DNA of 64,000 nucleotides from Pelagomonas calceolata (taxonomy: Eukaryota), in the NCBI GenBank assembly GCA_918797485.1, contig CAKKNE010000002.1, positions 62,001 through 126,000 on the forward strand. The letters run 5' to 3'. Under the pieces are notes generated by a model, which was not told the DNA's origin, searched no databases, and worked only from the letters and a program-made list of their open reading frames with translations. Below are positions 58,567-64,000 of this stretch, in pieces; positions within the stretch are counted from its first letter, which is position 1; every line of letters starts with the position of its first letter. Position numbers and translations under genes: made by a program.

Positions 58567-61157
58567 TTAAACGAGCGCAAACGCGTCGCGGACGATGCGA
58601 GACACGGTGTAGTACTCGTCGCAGAGCGGGCCGTCGACGACGATGCGGCCGGCGCCGCGGTCGTCGACGGTCTTGCGGACGACGACCGTGCCGGCGCAGA
58701 CGAGCGCCCCGGCGCGGAAGGCCGCCGCGACGCCCTCGGCCGCGAGGCGCGCCTTGAGCGCCGGCAGCACGACGTCCTTGGCCGAGAGCCAGAGCCGCGG
58801 CGGCCGCGGGCCCGCGGCCGGCGGCGCGGCGTCGGGCAGCTCGGGCGCGAGGACGAGCGCCGGCGGCGCGTCGCCGTCCGCGTCGACGAGGACCGCGTCG
58901 CGGACGCGGCAGACGTCGTAGCCGTCGCCTAAAGCGACGGCGCCGGCGGCTTGGGCTTGGAGCACGCGCCACGAGAGCCGCGCGTCGACGAGCGGCGCGC
59001 GGCCGAGCCAGGCGCCGAGGTCCGCGGCGGCGCCGGCCGCTGGCGTCGCCACGTGCGCGGCGCCGCCGCGCGGCGCGAGGCGCTCGCGCGCAAAGGCCGC
59101 GAGCGCGGCCGCCGCCGCGCCGCCGTCGGGGCCCGGCAGTGCCACGAGCGCACGCGGCTTGACCGTGGCGAGCAGCGCGCGCAGCGAGCGGCCGTCGCAG
59201 AGACCCTCGAGGCCCGGCGCGCGGACGACGCGGCACCGGATCGCCAGCGCCTCGTCGCGCGCCTCGAACGACACGGCCGCGTCGTCGTCGCTCGGCGCCT
59301 CGTCGTAGGCGACGTCGGCCGGCGCCGCCGGCGCCGCGGGCGTCGCTTCGACGGCCGCGGGCGCCTCCGTCGCCGAAGTTGCCGGCGCCGCGTCGTCGCG
59401 GAGGTGGCCGTAGCCGTCGCGCGTCTCGAGGCCGAGGAGGCTCCGGCGCGCCACGAGGAACCTGTGTGTTTGGCCGTTAGAAGAGAAAAAACAGAGAGGA
59501 CGCGGGCCACGCGCGCGCGCTCGACCTCGGCGGGCAGCGGCGCGCCGTAGTCGTCGGCCGCGGGCCGCTTCGGCAGCGGCGCGAACGTCGCGTGCGCCGG
59601 CTCCGCGAAGCGCGCGAAGAGCGCGTTCTCGCGGAGCGTCGCGAGGCGCGCGCGGCTCGCCTCGAGGCGCGCGCGGCGGCCGCCGTCGTCGGTCGCGGCC
59701 GCGGCCGCGCCGGCGACGCCGTCGGCCGCGTCGTCTTCGGCGTCGTCGCCCGCAGCGGCGGCGGCATCCGCTGCGTCGTCGATAAGCAGGACCTTGCGCG
59801 CCATCTCGTCGGCCTTGGCGCGGCGGTCGGCCGCCTCCGCGGCCGCGCGGCGCGCCTCGTCGCGCGCGGCGAGGTGCGCGGCGAGCGCGGCGCCGGCCAG
59901 CGGCGCGCGGAGGCAGCGCGTCACCGTGAGCGCGTCGGTGCCGGCCTCGAGTTGGGCGGCGACGGAGGCGCGGCGCGCGGCGCCGAGCGGCGCGCCGGGC
60001 CGCGCCGTGAGGACGACGACGTTGCGCGCGTCGCCAGCCCACTCGCGGAGGAGTCGCGCCGCCGCGCCGGTCTCGAGCTCGGGCCGCGCCGCGACGACGC
60101 ACTTGGGCGCGTCGGGCCGCTTCGCGAGCGCCTCCGCGACCTGTGTGCAAATTAGTCAGTGTGTCTTGGCATGGGAAGTTTGATTTCCGCACGGTCGGCG
60201 GACCGACGACGTGCAGCGGACCTCGCGCAGCGCGAGCGGGTGGCCGCCGCCGCGGCGCGCGCCCGTCGTGCCGTCGAACGAGTCCTGCGCCTCGGGCGCC
60301 ATCCACTCGAGCTGCGACCGCGCAAAGTCGAGCACACTGCGGGCCGTCGCATGCACGAAGACGAGGTCGTACGCGCCGCCGAGGTTCCGCCGGCGCCACG
60401 CCTCGTCGAGCACGAGCAGCAGCTCCAGGGCCCGCGACGCGCCCTCGGCGGGGAAGAGCGCGTGGCCGCCGTGCCGCAGCGCGGAGAGCGCCGCGTCGAC
60501 GGCCGCGTCCTCGGCCGCGCGGCGCGGCGGCGCCGGCGCGGCGGGCCCACGGAGCGGCCCCGCGTCGCAGATGAGCACGGCGGGCCGCCGGTCGGGGCCG
60601 CGGGCCGCGAGCGCCGTTCCGTCGACGTGGCGTTCCCGCGCGTGGTGGACGTCGACGGCATAGACAACTTCATCAGCACCCCGCGAGATGCGCCAGTACG
60701 CGCCGCCGACGCTGTGGCCCGCGCGGTGCGCGGTGACCACGACGCCGGCGCCGCGGCCGCGAAGCGACAGCGGCTGGTCGAACTTCAGAGCTCGTATCTT
60801 GTCGAAAGCTGCGTCGACGTCGTCCAAGGTGAACAGTTCCTTCGCCGCCGCTCTCCCTTTCGCCGCCCGGAACCCGCCCCAGGCCTCGTAGAGCGTGAGG
60901 GCGCCGTTTTTAATGGTTGGCGTCGTCGCAAACACAGGCGCCGCGAGGCCGTAGCGGGCCTTGGCCGCGGGCAGCGCGCCGACGTGGCGCAGCTCCGCGT
61001 GCGAGAGGAGGACCAAGTCGACCGTCGGCGCGACGGCGGCGATTTTTTCGCCGAGGTTCTGGAACTCTATGTCACATCCGCAGTCTAACAAAATGCGCAC
61101 GCCGCCGAAATCCAGCACTCCGGCGTAGTACTGATCGCTGAGGGGGGTGTAGGACAT
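58567..61157 (-). CDS. CPSF2: Cleavage and polyadenylation specificity factor subunit 2 (CPSF100); introns 60141-60203 and ~59462-59520
   Basis: ILLDCG, DLVLLSH..HVGALP, AGHSVGGAYWRI, VYAVD.HHARERH.DG, PKCVVA..PELETG, GLCDGRSL, and C-terminal VDGPLCDEYYTV..F.LV-TAA. The second donor is probably GC and its exact position is uncertain. Confidence 0.9.
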
Positions 61158-61527
61158 GGTGAGATACAGCTGCTTTTCAATACGCGTCCGCGGTGACTCT
61201 ACCTTCGTGCGGCAACGAGTGAGCGCGCCAGAGGCAGAATGAAATATGTGCAATGTGTGCCCCCGGCGCCGGCATTTTTTGGTGATAAAAACGGGTTTCG
61301 TGTGATCAGTGGCCTCTCTCCCAACTCTCTGTTGTAGTATGCATCTATCTCTAAGATATATATATGATGTATATATACCGGTGACCTACCGTGCCGCTTG
61401 TAGCCGCTAGCGCCTCTATCTGAGAAGCCGCACATATCTCCTTCTGCACATATCATATGCCCCTAGTAATTACAACTTACATCAGACTACGGGGGGGGGG
61501 AGGGGGGGTGTTTGGACAGCATCCATC

Positions 61528-64000
61528 TCACGGCAAGCGCAAAGTAGACGATCCCACACCGAAAAGCAGGTTCACCGGTGGCCCCCGATGATACCATGAG
61601 CCTTGGAGACCATCCGCTTCAGCACGCTCAGGACCATGGGCCTTGGAGACCATCCGCTTCAGCGCGCTCAGGGGTCGAAACGCGAACCGGTCCCCCGAGG
61701 GCCCCGCGGCAGCAAGGAGCGGCATGACGAACCCGAAAGAGTAGAGTAGTGAGAAGAAGATCGTGGTGATCATGAGGAGACCGAGCTTGTTTAAAGACAC
61801 GAGTTGGCAAGGGAGCAGGAAGAGGCCGGCGCCCAGTGTCGTCACAGCGCCTACGACGACTGTACTGCCCATTTTGCGGATCGCAAATGAGAAGCGGTCG
61901 ACGCGATGCCTTAAGTTGTGCTCTTTGTCGGCAGCGACAAACATGTGACCGAGATGAATGGTGTAATCTACTGAAAAGCCCACGACCAAATTACCCATGA
62001 GCGACTCGACGATTCCAAGGTCCCAGCCGTAGATGTACTCAATGGTGCCAAGCACCGAAGCGACGATGAGGGCAATGCCGAAGATGGCATAAAGGGAAAC
62101 TAATAGATTCTCCGTCGAAAAGAGCAACACAGCAAACGCAAGGGGGAAACAGATTGCTAGGCCTTCGAAGAGCGATGCACGGAGCGCCTCAAAAGTGTCG
62201 GTCCAGAGGAACTCCCAACCGCCATCGTAGGTTAAGTCACCGAGCTCCGGTGGTAATGGCGGCTGCTGCCCGTCGACAAAATGAATCACGCGGTTTATGA
62301 CCTCGCGCCGCTCTTGAATAGCGCTGTACTGTTTCATTGTCAGCGAAGTCGACACGGTTACGTATCGGAGATGGCCGTCGATAAAACCGATGTAATCATT
62401 CCACGTGCTACCGTCAGATTCGTGACCAAGCATCATCCCTGGGTATGTCGATTCCCTGAATGAAGCGAGCTCTCCGTAGAACTCGTCGGCGGTTGCATTT
62501 GAGAGACCGAGCGAAGAGTTACCATAGCCCGCAGCCTGCGCGAAGCACAAAATATTGAAATTTAGAAGTTCACCCAGGCTTTCGAGTACACACTGTGCAA
62601 CACCTTCCACGCTTCGAACTCCTCGTAAAAACAGATGGTACTTTCAGGCAGGTGGAGAAGCCCCATGGAACACTCCTGCTCACTGCATGGCACCGCACGG
62701 ACAGTGTCGCAAAATCCTTTGAGTGCTAGCCGGGCGGCCGGCGCGTGTAGGTCAAAAGCACGATTCCACTTGGCGTAGCCTCTCTTATAGTCTGGTTTGT
62801 ATTCGTCATAATTCTCCTTACCCAAGTTGTTGATGCCGAACGTGTAGAAGACGCGACAGTACTGGTCGTCGGCGCCAGCCTCGTAGTCATTTGCCATGTC
62901 ATTGAGGAAGCCCATGAACATGTGCTTCTTTGGAAACAGCTCTTCCTGTTCGCGCGGCATTTCGAGATGCAACGCCCGATAACCGAGGAAGACGCCAAGC
63001 ACGAGGAAGCACCAGACCGAGAGCCAGGCTCCAATGGGAATGCCCTTCGCGCAGCTTAAAGTCCAAGACATATAGCGCAAGTAAATTTTCTCGAAGAATG
63101 GCTTGATTGACGGGAAGATGCGCCTCTCACTCTTTGGTGCCGAGCTCTTAGTGGCAGCTTCTCGTGCGCATTGCCGTGGCCAAAAGTAGCATCCATCGCA
63201 AAGAATTAGACATGTAGGAATCATAGTTAGGACCATGACGTAGTTGCAGACCACGACCATCGCTGCAAAAATGCCAAAGGTCCGGACCGGCATAATTGGC
63301 GATAAGCCTAGGCAGAGAAACGCAAGGGCAGTCGTTAGCGACGTGTTGAAAACCGTATCCATGGTGCGTGAAAACGCGTATAAGAGTCGTCGGAGCGTCG
63401 TCTCGTCTGCATTCTCAACCCTGGGCACATCAGCCTGTGCCTGGCGCCACGCGTCGAAGAGCACAAAGTTGTCGTCTGCACCAATACCAAGGGCTAGAAA
63501 TATACTACAGAGATGTAACGAACCGAAGTACTCGATTCGAAACGCGATACGATACAAAAACGCCGTCACGGGAATTGACAACTGGATCTGTGCCAGCGCC
63601 GCTGCTGTGAATGCGTGCGAGCGTGTGTAGGCGCGAATGCAGAGGTCGACAAAGATTATCGTGAAGATTATGAAATATAAATCCATTTCTTGCATGCGCA
63701 AATTTTCGAGCCGCGCGATTAGCCAGGAGAAGTATCGAAGTTTGAGGCCATTGCGCCGCCATGGTGCAAAGTAAGGAGTTTGGAAAAACGTCGACTCGAC
63801 GCCAAAATGATCCCAGAGATCTTGTTCAACGGCCTCAAAGTACGCTAGATAAGTCTTTGTTTGCCGCTCGGTCCGGTCTCTCGTAGAGGCAAATCCCTCG
63901 AGTGGCTGTCCCACAGAGAGCAGCGATCGAGTCTTTGACGTCGCGCCCACGGCTACTGCCCCTTTCTCCATGAAAATGCCATATTCATTGAACCCCTCCC
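61528..64000 (-). CDS. Patched/Dispatched-like RND/sterol-sensing-domain transporter (5' partial), intron 62536-62603
   Basis: GIGADD and GFSVDYTIHL motifs in two TM bundles. A 68-nt GT-AG intron joins EAWK|AAGYG. Frame is open to the window end. Confidence 0.88.
61594..61672. repeat. 40-bp tandem duplication in the 3' end of the Patched-like gene
   Basis: ccatg(a/g)gccttggagaccatccgcttcagc(a/g)cgctcagg at 61594 and 61634. Confidence 0.9.

Noticed and set aside
44035..61088. Many long Arg/Ala/Pro-rich overlapping ORFs (e.g. 53840..55213, 48934..49863, 60159..61088, 45411..46106)
   Set aside because: Shadow or antisense frames of GC3-rich real genes with no independent motifs.
61490..61508. 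Poly-G tract as a functional G-quadruplex
   Set aside because: A simple homopolymer run of uncertain length with no supporting context.
1..64000. Genome-wide ciliate-type code (table 6), or prokaryotic origin of the window
   Set aside because: Housekeeping genes end in TAA at conserved C-termini; spliceosomal introns and eukaryote-specific genes are present.

Overview
This is a compact, GC-rich eukaryotic nuclear window, most likely from a pelagophyte alga (Pelagomonas/Aureococcus-like). That assignment is inferred from a plastid-targeted violaxanthin de-epoxidase, ~50-nt introns, introner elements with 8-bp target-site duplications (TSDs) and a selenoprotein. The window is dominated by a ~38-kb AT-less modular type I polyketide synthase (PKS) locus at 5806-43768 (+). 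It has 12 KS domains, about 23 ACPs, truncated DH domains and two sulfotransferase-thioesterase (ST-TE) ends. After removing 16 short introns, the frame is interrupted by about 48 in-frame TAG/TAA codons and by no TGA. The only frameshifts I found are a few small indels inside a near-identical tandem repeat. Many of these TAR codons sit where paralogous modules have Gln, and the first in-frame TGA comes just after the last TE. Neighbouring housekeeping genes use TAA/TAG as normal stops. This points to locus-specific or context-dependent UAR recoding of a ~12,400-aa megasynthase; RIP-like decay is the main alternative. Three unrelated enzyme genes around the PKS share a ~370-bp promoter plus N-terminal leader cassette. 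The right third holds housekeeping genes (CCA-adding enzyme, SelM/Sep15-type selenoprotein with SECIS, JmjC protein, Utp11, CXIP4-like, CPSF2, Orai-like, GT2, Patched/Dispatched-like). Several of their introns are intact or decayed copies of one introner transposon.
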